Shown here piece by piece: positions 1 to 14,600 of a DNA stretch of 64,000 nucleotides. The translations under genes and the position numbers were made by a program. Positions within the stretch are counted from its first letter, which is position 1, and each line of letters starts with the position of its first letter. This DNA is from Lingula anatina (Eukaryota; Animalia; Brachiopoda): assembly GCA_051362555.1 (NCBI GenBank), contig CM120640.1, positions 62,536,788 to 62,600,787 of the forward strand. Direction: 5' to 3'. The notes under the pieces were generated by a model. It was not told the origin of the DNA and searched no databases. It saw only the letters and a list, made by a program, of their open reading frames with translations.

Positions 1-197
1 AAAGGAAAGATAATCTATTCACATTTAACCACTAGTTAATTAAAATTATTAAGGACTATGAGATTCATGAAACGACACATTAACTAAATAAATGGTAGGA
101 GTTTGTTAATGAGGGACAGAAGACCATATGACAACCACAGGTTACTTCATACCATATAAGTTGAATGAAAATTGTAATTAGAGATTAATCATATTGT

Positions 198-353
198 AGT
201 ATTAATTTTGAAATGTGCATAAAAGGAGAATTTTTTAAGGCCATTTTTGAAAAATTGGTTAAAAAAGGTACATGCAGTATTAATTTTGAAATGTGCATAA
301 AAAGAAAATTTTTAAAAGTCATTTTTGGAAAATTAGTTTTTAAAAAAGGTACA
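198..353. repeat. Diverged 78-bp tandem duplication
   Basis: agtattaattttgaaatgtgcataaaa...aaaaaaggtaca starts at 198 and 276. Confidence 0.85.
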
Positions 354-634
354 GGTAACGTAAGTTCAAGGCGAATGACTGACTGGTTATACTATTTAAA
401 TCAAGTTTCCAAATCCTGCCTATCTTCTGCATCAGAATAAAAAATATTCCAGAACAGTTTATGGCTTTCATTCCTCTTTAATAATACTGTGGTTCATAAA
501 ATTATATCACTTGAAGTTAAAAATATTTTTTTTTTTAAATAGGCAAAGTTTTAAAATTCATTTACACACATCTTCCTTTCCACTAATATTCATAGTTTAA
601 AAAGATGAAGTACTAAACTCAGATATTATCTTAC

Positions 635-3600
635 CTCTGAGCTCTGATGTAAGTGGCATGCCTCTGGCACATCTAAGAAGTGATTTGGAATCCCCTCTAA
701 AGATGACATCAGGGCATTCAGTCGGATGTGAGGGGCAAAGAAGGCTTGGGGATGTCTGTATTTCACTGTAAAGAGGAAATAAAACATGTTAGTATTTGAC
801 CATAAAACTGTTATGCAGAGAAAAGCAAATATCAACACATCAAAGATTTTTTAGATCACTGACAAATTACATGAACATTGGTAAAATTTAACTATTACGC
901 AAATGACGTAAAAAAATGAAAAAATTCCTTGTTTCATATTCTTCAATATTCAAAAGTACCTTAAAACCTATTAACTTTTCAAATTATTACATCAATGTGC
1001 AATCTTGATACAAAGGGCATCACACATCAATATTAATACTTTAGATGGTGTGATTGAAATGTCAGTTGTGACAAATAAAAGAATGGATTAAGTCTTATAT
1101 AAAATGAGGATGCAAATTAGACCAAGTTCCCCAGTACACTATTCCTTGTGAATATACAGCCTAAGTTGCAAACCAACACTCACATCTGGCCAACTCAAAG
1201 TCTTTCTTGGTTGCGTTAGGTGAGATCCAGTAGTCAATAATTGCACTCAGGGTCTGCTGGTCATACGGGTCAGACACATAACTGCCATAGATCACCTGCA
1301 TGATGAATAAAATTTAAAAAATCAGCAAATATAAACTTTGTAGATTAAGAAAATATTGTTAGGAGTCATATCTATATCATCCAAGTATACTTAAACACAT
1401 TATGCTTATTATAATTTCAGTATCAAATTAATTTCAGTCAAATAAAAAAATCACAACTTTGTCATTTAGTGCCATAAAAATTGAAATGTAAATTGAGGAA
1501 TGCATCAATTTCATTTCAGAAATATTTTACCAAATTTCATTTCAAAATGCTTCTCAAAAAAGTATTTCTGAAAGCAATGCCATTACTTACCTCAGAAAGC
1601 ATGTATCTGATGCCATTCCAGGAAGTATTCCTGGGAACAGCACTGCCATCTGGACCAATACAGGTCAGGTTATCACGGAATTCTGTTATAGCCAGGGCAA
1701 GAGCCTCCTGTGATAAAAAGAAGATAAAGATGTCACAGTACGTCTTTTAAAACAATTCACACTGGTGACAACAGTTTTTTGTTGTATCAATAGTATCCTG
1801 TAGAAAAAAAAATACAAATTTCTCTAAATTTGGTTTAGTAAATTCTCTCATGTTTATATCATTTACAAATGACTGCCAATCATGTCATGTATTATACAAT
1901 TTAATTTGTCACTCTAAAAGAAAATCTAGAACAAGCATTAAATATATCATGAATAATCTTTAATTCTTTAAAACCCTTTTTTCTTATTTAAGGAAGCACT
2001 GTTATTTTAATGTTGATTTGCCTTCTAACACAACTAATTTTTAATATAAGTCAAGTACATATTCTGAATCTTACAAAAAGTTCATTGTTCCCAATCTTGA
2101 GGAAGTCCTCGTGGTTGTTCCAGCCTCCTTTGCCAAACCTGGCCCTCAGTCTTATGGTGCCGTGGAGGTAGCATATATTATGCAGGAAGGCAGGCCACTC
2201 AGGACGGGAACTCTGCTTCAATATGTCTGCATCCACCCAGGAGAAGGCCCGTATCAGGTTGTCCTTCATGATCTGGAGGTGAGGTGAAGTGAGATGAGGA
2301 AGAAATAAAAAATTTTATGATTTACGATACCAAATAATTCATGATATTAAATGTTTAGTGTCTTGTATTTCACAATTTCAGATTAAGATACACACTAAAT
2401 TGCCAGCATGAATTAAAAATAGAATATTTCTGAAACATGTATCTCATAATTAAAAATCCATCAGTTTGCACTTCTTATTGTAATGCTCAATGAAAAATAT
2501 CTGCAAAATTAACTCCAGCCTACCTTTGGTGAGTCCACCAACACTTTCACTGTATTCTGCAGTATCCTGACCGGCACATTAGGGTGCCCAGCTTGGACAG
2601 ATATCCAGCATCGGAACTGGGGGTCCATGGTGTCCAGGTTCTCCTCCAGGATGGCCTCTATATTCTGCAGTAAGTGGGGGGAGTTGTGGGCATTGTGAAG
2701 CAGAACCCACAGCCCCTGGAATAGACAACACTTTCAGTTAGTAGCCGTGTCATTATTACAGACCCCACAGTGATAGTTTGTGGTCATCAAAAAGGCCATT
2801 TGAAAAAACAACCTAAAAGTACTTATTAAATAGTTTAAGACCAAGTGCCAAAATACTACATAGGTATCAAATTTGTTAAGGAATTGTGCAATTTATACAA
2901 ATATAACAATAAATGAAAGAAACATACAAGAGCAGCTTTCATCATCTTGAAACTGATATAGAATTACTCAAGGATCCATCCCTACCTCTTTCATTCCTTT
3001 AATCATGTACTTCCTGGCATGTTTCTCACTGGCAGGGTCACTGATGGTGAGAACTCTAGTCCTGCTCTGTTTGCGAAGGGCAAAGTCGGAGAACAGTGTC
3101 TCTGCCGTCTCGCACTCATCTGTGTACATCAGGAGGATTGGAATGTCCATGTTGCTTTGACGCAGTAACATGGGGAGATCCACACCTACATCTCCTACAA
3201 ACCTGTTTAAAGAAATAATTTGTGGCTATTGCAGAAAATGAAGTTGTGAGTGTGTTCCTTTCATTGGAAATCTTTAGTATGACCTGCATGTTTCCTACAT
3301 TAATGTACTTACTTATCATCACAGAAATCATTCATAAAAATTAGGTTAAATGCTGAAAATAACAATCAGGATCAAAATTATGTTTGGTGATTTCCCCTTT
3401 TCTGCCTCTAATATGCTGTTTATCCTGCCTTGCTTTGCTCATGATGTACTTTTTTTAAAAAAAATCACATGATAAAAAAAAAAAACACAGCTCTTGCTTA
3501 CTTCTTTCCTAACACAGCAATTATAAACAGTGTAGAAGCCTGCATCAGTCTATCTGGCCTCACAGCTCTGATCACTGACAGTCTCTGCATGGGAAGATAC

Positions 3601-6600
3601 TGGTCATCCATCTTGTCTGGCAACAACGCCTGCTCTGGCAGATCACACTCGCACAGCGTTCTCCACTGAGTCTCGCGCCCATCCTTTGACATGCGCTCAA
3701 ACATATCCTGAAACCAGTCATAGTGCATCGCGAGAATCTGGAGATTGGCAAACTGATCCTCTGACATCCAATCAAAGGGCTTTTTAGCTTGCGTAAATTT
3801 GGGATCAGTGCTTGTCTTTCCTAGGCCTGTCATGATCACTTGACCAAATGTGGGAGATATTAGGTATTCTCGCTCACCTAGACCAATGTTGCCTTGGGAA
3901 GCTTCCACCTAATAAAGAGAAGGATATTATGCCATTTCTTTTTCTTTAACTGCAACTTGAAACATGCTGATGGTTTATTCAGATCTGTAAAATCTAACCA
4001 GCTAACAGTTTTCACCCAGTCTTTCACTCATTAAAAAGAAGCTTTTATACCACAAAATATACATGTTGGCACTCTTAGGTTCAGATTATATAATCCATTA
4101 GCATTAGGCATGAAGTAGACATACCTCAATGGCCAGCAGCAGGGAAAACACTGCCCTGTCTTTCTCCAGCAGTGACCTACAGGTGGTGATGTAGGAATTG
4201 TAGGTCAGTCTCTCTACAACAGCTTTTACAGCAGCTCTGAAACAAAAATAGACACATATTCCAATTCCCACATATCATCTTCCAATAAGCTGTCCTGTAA
4301 TATGTTTACTGATCTAAATGGCTTTTGGGTTAAAATGTTTTGTGTTAGAAAAAAAATAGATAAATAAAGATACCATCTATCTACATGTTACTTTAAAGCA
4401 AAGCAAGCACTGTTCTTACTATCCACACTGTAATGTACAAGTACACATTTAACTACATCAACTAGTTTAATATACTTAATAACTTCAATGCCAATACAAC
4501 CAGTAAAGCAACTGATCTAACAAAAAGTTACATGGTTACACTTTTTCAATAGACAGATTTTACAAATTACAATATGTAATACTATAGGAAAATTGTTTTG
4601 GAAACAAAGATGTTAAACTGAACTGTATCGCATTCAACTAAATTTCTAGAATACAAAAATTTAATAATAAATAAATAAGAATTTCTAAACTACATATATC
4701 TATCAAAAATAAAAATTACAATTTAAAGTACTGAGGTTTAAAAAAAAGGAATGGACATAAAGAAGCATAGCCATGCAGGTAAACTTGATGGGAACAGCTG
4801 ACATACAATGGATACAATCACATGCATTCAGCACAAACAAGAGGCCCAATAAAGAATCTGAAAAAATAATTCAGTCTGTGGAAAGGGGATGGAACTTTGG
4901 TATTTCAGTGCAAAAAGGCTATGAGTAATAAGAATGAAAAAAAAAAATGCTAGATAAATTTGACTAAAATACCTGCAGAAACAGGCCACTGAAGACCAAG
5001 CTATACTCTAGTTGTCTTTACACACAGAGCTACAAGCCATATTCAAATCAAATGGCACAAAAGAAAGTGGACTGTAAACCATGTCAATTTTAACAAGAGA
5101 ATCACTGTATGTGGTAATGCAAGCAAACTGAATACTATCCAGTTTACAATACATATTTGAACATTTGGTTTAAATATGGTATGCACCAGTGTGTTTTGGG
5201 TAAAAGAGAATGGACAGGAACCAAGATTAACTAAGAGAAAATGCACTGAATTAGAAGTGGGTGTGTCTGGGCATGCACACACTACTTACATAGCTGGCAT
5301 TGGCTTAGCACTAAATAGTATATAACAAATGCTACATACATCAACATTACCACCACCATAGTCCCATATAAAGCAAGCAATCTAAACATCTATTACCAAT
5401 TCTAAATTCATTTTCTGTTTTGTAGATGTATTAACAATCAATAAAAAATCCAAATATACACAATATAAATAACATGCTTTTACATGCATTCACCCGACAA
5501 CATCAAAACCAATTTTAATCTAAATGTAAGATTTTTATTGTTAAATCTATGAGTTAAGAACTCCCCCATGCACTAGTTACAGAATCAGTTATGAAAATTA
5601 ATGTATACTTTTAATATGTAACTTGTAACTCCCAACTGCAATATACAGAATAATTCACTTGTGAGATTTTTTTGGAAAAGTTGCTAAACAATTATAATAT
5701 CTGTTTGCCATCATATCTTATGATTTAATTTTTTTCTGAAAACAGGACAACAAAAATTCGAATTTTCAAATAAACCCTTAAAAAGTTTGTTACCATCACT
5801 GTTACAGTAAAAAGCAAATCTAAGTGCCAAAAAAGCATTATTATCAATTTCAACAGAAATGTTATTTTCCACAATCAAGCTGTTAGAGTATCAAAATAAA
5901 CACATAATGTAGCAAGTTATGGTCATAACCAGTCTTGTGGATATCTATACATTTCAAATGCAAAACTCAAATGTTGATATTAATCTAGCAACTAAATTTT
6001 TTTATACTTTTACAATCTACTCATTCAACATTTTAAGTCAATTTCAGGTCAATTTTCAAATGATTTTCCTAAACTGAGTTGAAGGACACTTTAAACAAGG
6101 TTTCAACCATCTGCATCTGAAGTTCAAGCAAGGCTAAAAACTAGACTGGAACCAGTTGTGAAACTGTTATATTTTACAACTTATCAGCTATCCATGCTGT
6201 ATAACCTACCTCTCAGAGTGGTTGATGGCGGCATCATAAACCTCTAAGAACTGACAGAAGGAGTTCTGATACATGGGGTTGATCTCCCGCATGTACTGCA
6301 TGGCATCAAAACACACGGCACCACGTGCTGCCACTGTTCTGTAGCCTTCACGTGCACGCAGGATAGAATGCTCATTAGCTTCCACTCTTGAATGACTGAA
6401 AAAAAATGATACAATATAAGAAACATTCTAAAACAAGATTAAATGTGAGGCACATTTTTGTTTATTTATTAACAAGATGAGTGTCTACTCAGGTTGGAAC
6501 TTCTGATTTATCTAAACACTCCTGATATATCTCAAAATCCCAACTCAAACTTCAAGCATCAACCCAATTTGGAAAAATAACTTCCTCTTTTCATTTTTAC

Positions 6601-8697
6601 CTTTCCAAAGTTTCATCAAACTGTTTTTTCATGTCAGCCAATTTCTTTGTGGCTGCTAAGTCATTCATTAGTCGCACATCACTGGACAACAGGTCACGCA
6701 TCTGCTTCTCTATCTTGTGGAAGAACTGCATGTATTCTAATTTCTCCTAGAAATAGAAATCAGAAAATTCTGTTAACCATAGAAGTGACCTAATACACAA
6801 ACTTGTATTTATACAATAACAAATGCCCCAGTGGAACTTTACTTGTGGACAACAGGCATGACTTAATGCAATGAAGAACCCCTGGGCAATAGAACTAATC
6901 TTAGTTACTCAACAACTGGTTTGAAATCATGGTATGTGTACAAAGTGTACACATCGCACATACTAACCATGCACATATACACATGCATTCATGCAAACTT
7001 GCACAAAAACATGCAGCAGTTTCCATGTACGTACATGCATAAGAGTGGTCTTCTCCTCCTCCAGCCTGGCCTTCTCCAGAGCCATGAACCTGTCCAGCAG
7101 CTCCTCTTCCATGTCATTTCTACACATGTGGAAGAAGATGGAGGACACGTAGGCAGCCAGCTCATGGGGGATGTGGTGGGGCTCACTGGTAGTGTGCAGG
7201 TACAGCCGGAACTTGGGCTCACATTCCACCTCATGGTCTCCCACCTGGAATACAGGATATCCATGTAGTTACAGAAGACTGTATTATGTAAAAACCCATC
7301 ATGTCTGACTCACACCTATATCTGATATAAGGTTACTTGACTGCTTGACATGGGGTTTGAATTGTAAGGCCTTAGGGGGATTCCTTGGAGTTTTCTCTAT
7401 GCCACTTTTAGACATTTCAATAATAACATTAAAACTTATGCAAACACACTTTAGCAGCTCAGAAATAGGTTCCTCAATTGTTGACCTCAATCATATTGTT
7501 TGTGCTGTTTGATGCGGAGTATTGTGAATCACTTGATTTGATACCTTATTATGTATGAACTGTGGATGATGTAATGACAAACAACCATATGTTAAAACGT
7601 GTTACTGGCCTTCCCCCCTCCTGCTGATCACTCTACTTACCATTAACTTGAAAGCAGTCTTCTCTCTGAGGAACCTTGCTCTTTTGAGCAGGACATTTCT
7701 AAACCTTTCATCACAGACTAATTCTTTGACATCGACATCTGTCACCAGGAGAGGTGTGCCGTCTGCCAGGCAGTTCTCCAGCTGGGAGCGAAGTTCCTGG
7801 AAACAGTAAGTAGAAAGTCAAAACCTTTTCCCTCCATCACTTCTTATAGGCACAATAACATACATTCCGTATATTCGTGATAAATTTTATAAATTCTGTA
7901 AAAAAACTTTGAATTTTTTCCTTTCTCATATCTCTTGCAATGGCATGAGCCTGCATAAATGCACATTCACTGGCATGTTCCGCAATAAAAAAATGATAAT
8001 AAAATACATTGATACAATCTAAATAATTCCACTCACATGGTATTTGACCTCCATGAGGCTCTTCTCCTTGAGGTAGCCCTTGATCCAGTCAATAACCCTG
8101 CTGGTAGGATCACATAACAGTGGCCAGGCCATGCTGCTCTCCTCCTGCATGATAAAGCAGGCATTCTCCAGCATCAGGCGTGTCATGGGGAGCTTCTTCA
8201 TCTCTAGCTGCTTCACTTCAGTCTACATAGATAGATGGACATGAGATAAGTAGTTCGTTGATGATTATTAAAATTTCACCCTGAGTTTCAGAGCACTGAC
8301 AGTAACATTTCTCCACCCATCAAATTATTTATGAACTGGTTTAAACCTCTACATGGAGACTGTTAAAATACTTGTAAATTTCATTTAACTCCATAGCTTA
8401 ACTTCAGTAAAGTTTGCAATAACATCTGCACATATACATATCTGACAAGAAAAAAATCAACAACCTTTATGCAAAATATCTTCTGCACTGAGAGTATGTA
8501 CATGTATTTTTCTACATTCATCAATAAGGGATGAAAATTGTTAACATTTTGCAAAGTCACAGTGACTTATTAGCCTGAATATACTTACAGTTTCATAAAG
8601 GAAGTCAATGAGTTCAAGATTCCTGAACAGTTGCTTCCTGGGCATAGGCATACCATGGTGTTCACACACATACATGAAAAACTCTCCCATCCTTTTC
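635..8697 (-). CDS. Dynein HC exons 75-88 (AAA5, AAA6)
   Basis: Exons 8589-8697, 8037-8222, 7641-7796, 7035-7244, 6601-6746, 6210-6395, 4125-4236, 3502-3908, 2986-3202, 2524-2715, 2075-2272, 1591-1707, 1184-1295, 635-765. Motifs [67 protein letters not shown]. Confidence 0.93.
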
Positions 8698-11600
8698 CTG
8701 TAATATATTACATGTTTTTATATACCTGTGTTCTTACATAGGGAGGGTTTAAGGTCAATTCAGGAATAATTACCATAAATAGAAAAATTCAAACATTTTT
8801 ACTAATTCGACAAAAGCATTTTTCATCATAGAATAAGTATCCATGTTGGCTGCATGTCAAAATGTGTAAAGAAAAACACTACATTTCCATTTTTGAGAAA
8901 AATTTAAATAAAGAGATTAAATATAATTCTTGTTCATTTAAATAAGATTATGTACTGGAATTTCCACTTAAAGTGATATAACTGAAGTTCCCACAAGAAC
9001 GGCACTTTAACATGTTGTTATTACCTACCTGGTGTCAGTAGTCATAGGACCACAGTAGGTCAGGAAAGCAGCAGCAGCAATACAATTAGCCATCAACATC
9101 TCATTGCTGTCATTTTCTCTGACATGTTGTCGCCATTCCTGCTCCTGAGACTTCAAACTAAATGAAAAAATGTAAATATATGTATGTAAAAAACAGGTAA
9201 TAGTTTTAAACATAAAATGAAAGGCAGTGGAATCTTATTTTTTGCATGTGTTTGCAAGTTTCTGGTCTTAGGAAATACAGATCATTTATCAAACAGAAAA
9301 ATTCTTCAAAATCAACACAATCAAAATTCTGGATAATTTTATTTACCTTTCCAACATCTCTGTGGCTGCCCTCAGTCTCTCATTCATGGACACTAGTTCT
9401 ATTTCCAGAGAATGTTTCTCAACTACTGCAGAATCAAACTGCATCTGTAGCTTATTGACCTCCTCCTGAATCCTTGGAAGATCATCTTCTGTGAGATCTT
9501 CCTCCAATTCTGGTTCCTGCTCCTGCTCTGCTCCTGCCTCTTCAGCCTGTGGAGGGTAGAAAGCAGAAGTGTCACATGTTGTTGCTTTTCAAATTTGAAT
9601 GCCAAGAGGTAGACAAACAGTCTTATGGTTATTTGACATGAATAACTTTTGGATTTGTATCTTTTTCAGCAGTTCTGCAACCTACTACTTTATAACTTCA
9701 AAATTTATGTTGATATTACTCATTCAGCCACTTATTAGGTAGTGTTTTTTCTATTATTGCTAAACTATATTCTTCTTCTATTTTCATAAATAAACCAAAA
9801 GGTTATATAAGACAAATAAAATCCATATTATCACAAGATTATTACTGACTTTTATCAAAAACAGATAAATATGAAAACAATATATTCTGAAATTATAAAC
9901 TGATTTAAATTCAAGCATGGCAACAAAAGTATGCAAGCCTGCAATCAGGATCACTTACATAAAGGGATCACATTGTAACAGACCAAACAACAACACAAAT
10001 TCCAACACAAAATAAGCATGAAAAACATAATCATATGAATCTAAAAATAGCTTCTAGCTTCAATAACATAAGAATTTAAACACAAATGTCCACAGTAACT
10101 GATTCTTAGACTAGCTTACTACCTGGTTTGGAGAGAGTGGCTTTGTAGAAGGACTGCCCTGGAGAGCAGCGGCCTGATAAAACAGAGGATCACTCCAGGA
10201 AAGACAATGTTTCAAACATAACAACAACTTTAACACTCAGAAGACATTTCAAAAGATGAAAGAATGGATGCACAAAGTTCAGGTGATAAAATTGACACAA
10301 ATACCTAGTAAATAGTTTTAAGAAAAGTTGGCAATCAGTGTAATAGAGTGAGCCCTAAATCCCATTTTTTCCACTTTCAATTTTATACCTCTAAGGCTTG
10401 AGCTAAAGTAACAAAGCTGGCACTGAGCGTGACTTATAATATACCTGTTCACAGTACAAAAAGTGCACAATGCTCTTGAAAATGTACACCTTTTGTTGCC
10501 AAATTGAGCTGACATAATTTGTATAGTCAATTAATTACCCAAGCAAGCCACATGCAACCTACAGCACCAGGGCATCACATTTATGTTTATTTTCTTAGTC
10601 TAGAAATTGTAGTTAGACTAAGAAGCACTGTTGTTTACATATAGGACCAGCTCCTCTAAGCAAGCAAATCAAATACAGAAAAATGCACATATTTTGCTAT
10701 ATGAAGTCTAGAACCTGTCTGGAGACAACAGACAGACAGACACAGCTGCAAGAGAAGACAGATCATACAGCATTTTTTTTGTACTTTTACAAGTTCTTTT
10801 AAAGTAGCTTTTTTTCTGGTCATGCCAATAAGCCTTAGAAATTTCAAAATAAAAAAAGATACCAAAATTGAAACAAATTCATAAAAATTGCTCCAAAAGT
10901 AACACTTAATGGGAAAAAATTTATATACACCTATACAAAGTTCACAATGTGATGATCTATCTTCCAATTTCTTAAAGAAGAGTAAATCATGCAAAAAAAA
11001 AAAAAAAAAAAATTGCATGCAGAGGTTCCCAACCTTTGTGTTCATATTCAGCCTGGCTGCTAACTCCTTTAAATCATGCAACAGGAATCATGTTATTAAT
11101 AGACTAAATATTAAACATTAACCCAATCACCATTTCATTTTATCATTATTGTCAATTATGTTATATACATTAAGTAAGGCATTTTACAAGCAGCTTTCTC
11201 ACTCATTTTGCAGTGCTCATTGGACAATCAAAATGTTTTCCATTTCTCATGCTACTATAACCACCAGTGCCTTATGTAATAGTATTGTTTTACTTATGTT
11301 TTAGATCATTATCTACATCTTTTAGTTAATTTCAATAATTATAACTGTAATCTTCATAACATGAAATGATGCCCTTAAATACCTTGAGCTTTTCCTCCTT
11401 TGCTTGCTCCTATATTTGCAAAGAGATGGAATGGGATAATCATTACCTCAATGTTATTTTTAAAAAGTCCTTAAATTGTTGCTGTAAAAACATGTTCTAA
11501 AAGCTATCCAAATCTGACATATACATGCAAAAAATTTTTGTCACAAATGTGCAACCACTGGAGAGTACCAACAATATCTAACCAATATTCATATGAATTT

Positions 11601-14600
11601 TCAACAAGAGTGTAATAGATCTTCAATTTCCATTGATAATTGTTTTGCACAATGGTGTTATAGCTGGGATACCTAATAAATCACTTTACATCTGAAAACA
11701 TTGTTCTAAAATTCCCTGCATGCATCCATTTGGCAAATTATAAATGATGAGTCCTAAAAAGAACAGATATAGGACAGAAGTAATGATATATCTAACATGT
11801 ACTTGTGAACCCAGCATAATTTGACAATGTTTTGACATCCATGAAATGCATATAACAGGTCAGGTTATGCCTTTGTGGACAAAACATCTGAAAATGTCCG
11901 TAATGGTTCACTGAAAATTTTTTACAATGGGGTCTGGAGAGAGAAACAAAATAAAGCATGTCTTTACATATTTTGTTTAATTAATTGAGGCTCCCTTTAT
12001 GTCAATAAGAAATATTACTACACATATTGACCCCATAGCACCATGTATGGTAAAAGAGTAACAAAAATATGCTGGCAACTTGTACTCATTTCAGTCACAA
12101 CATCAAAATATCAATAAAAACAACAACTTTGTGGTCACCCTATACAACACAGATACACCAATATAGCCACACACATACCAACCATACCTCTGCCTCCTTC
12201 TCTCTCTTAAGCCGCTCATTCTCTTCAATCTCCCTCTCCAGTTCATGTTGTCTCTCCAGTGCTGCCTTCAGAGGGGCACACAGTGTGGTGTACTCTACTA
12301 TGGCAATGGTGTACTGTACCAGGACCACAGCATCCTCACTGGAATACTTGGCCGCAGCCACCGTGATGCCTTTAGAGTTATCTGGAGACGGGGAACGCCG
12401 GGATGCAACAAAACTTTTGTCTGGAAAAGCAAGTTAAAATACTAAGTAAACCAAATTTGACCTCTGAATTTCTATACTGGTCCACCAACACTTATGTTCT
12501 ATTCTGTGAATAGCTACAAGATAGTCCAACCAAATTTTCAAGTGATTTCTATAAAAGGGAACAAGCTACAAGATCATAGATTTCAACTCACATTTCCTGC
12601 TCAAATCAATGATAAAAAGGGAGATACTATTTTCAGAGATACTATATCTTGACAGGAAATACAATCATAATTCTTACCTGCAGCATTTTCCAGCATGGAA
12701 CCCTCTCCTGTCACCCCAAGACCACCATCAACACCCCTGGCAAGGTAGCTCTCAACAGCTGAAATATCAACATAAAAACTTTATCATTCTGGCATAATTT
12801 AATTACACAACTGAAATCATAAACACATTTTCCAAGTTTAAATCAGAAAAGTTCTGATTTGCGATCTTTTTAAAAATTTGACCACTTTTTTTACTGCTTT
12901 TCAAAAGTTATCACCAAACATTGCACTTTGCAGAAGAGTCATTTTTGTAAGGATCAGTGAATCAAAATCAAATTAGTTGCAGTAAAAAATAAATAACTAT
13001 GTACTAACATTTGAGAGTGGCATCTGGCAGACCATCTTCCCATGGTACATTGTGCAACATGTCTACAAACTTCATGGAATCTGTCATGGATGACTGCATA
13101 TTCTTCCACTTGCCACGGTCAAACTTTTCTGGGACATCTTTGGTGGAGTTCACTGCAATATTCAGTGACATACAGGTTGTAATAATAGCAATATCAATGT
13201 GTAAACTTTCTCAATTATGTATCATTTTATATCTATTTTGTCATTTTGATCAGGTGCACTTTCTTAAACATGAAATACAATATGATAAGTGGGATAATGT
13301 GTCCAAAACAGGATCCTTTATAACTGAAATTACCAGACAAGTTTATCTATTAGGCTCCAGCTATCTTTTTTTTATCTACAGACAAATAATAAAGCATTTG
13401 ATGGTTCATGAATAGACTGACATTTTGTGTGAACAAAAATTGTTAGCACTAACAGGAACATTGTGGTGAAAATAGTGTGATAAAGCTGAAAAATACTTAA
13501 AGTAAATGAAGATTTCTTTAAAAGCATATTAGTGAGGGGCTAAGGCTAGAGGCCAAAATATAACTAAAAATTGGTGAATTAAATAAAAATGCAATAAAAC
13601 AAGTTATTGGATTGAATACAAAAAAATAAATAAATAAATAATAATAATAAAATAACAATGATTGTTGTGCAGTGAAACTCTGCTTCTCTCAATAGAAATC
13701 TAATGAGATTGCAGCAATTAGTGTCTGAACAGTCTTTGTGCTCATTTTACTGAAGCACTGTGGTGTCAATGGCAAGGACGTAGTGGGAATGAAAGTGAAA
13801 TACAAAAAAAAAATGTAATCCACCTGAAAACCTCAGATCATCATCGTCATAGCTACTTATCCTCCTATAAAGACCTAAACAATATATAAGGTAAAATTTA
13901 CGGTTCCGTGGATTCTTAAAGCAAATGCCATTTTACACAAATCAAAAGAAGAAAAAGGAAAAATTGGTAACATATTGCCAGCGGCAAGAGCAGACATATG
14001 AACCTAAAATGAGTGAAAAGTTTTTACACAAGCTAGGCAACAAAGCATTGAAAACCTGCAAGTAAATACCTTTACTGAAGATCTAGTAAGAAAGTTTTTA
14101 AAAATAAAATAATTCTTAAATTCTAATAAGATCAATAATGCCAAATTCTTTACCCTTGCCCAAAATCATACCTTTCTTGGTTGCCGTAAACCTTGTGCTA
14201 CTGGAACTGGCAGACGTCGCCCTATTTTCTTCCTTGGCGTCTCTGTTTTCACTTTTCACTGGACCGCCATAACCTCGCTTTCCAATCAGTGTCATAACCA
14301 TCTCCATTACGTGACCCACCAACATTGGAGGGTTCTGGAATGCTCTCAGTCTCTCAATACAGGAACGATCCACCTTGCCCTTCCAGTGTAATACCTGAAG
14401 TAAAATAATTATAGTATTGCCTTAATTAAAATAGGAAGTGTTGTCTCATTTTATGACTTTTATAAAGTGTCTTAGTTCAAGGCCACCTTGTTTGATTTAA
14501 GTATACATCAAAAAATTAAAAGCTATACATTAATAAAAAATATGTTTATCATAAATTTGATTATCCACTCACTAAATTTTCTCAAAGCAAGCTGGTTTGA

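Noticed and set aside
10785-10835. Possible extra stalk microexon ([16 protein letters not shown])
   Set aside because: Splice phases do not match the phase-0 host intron.
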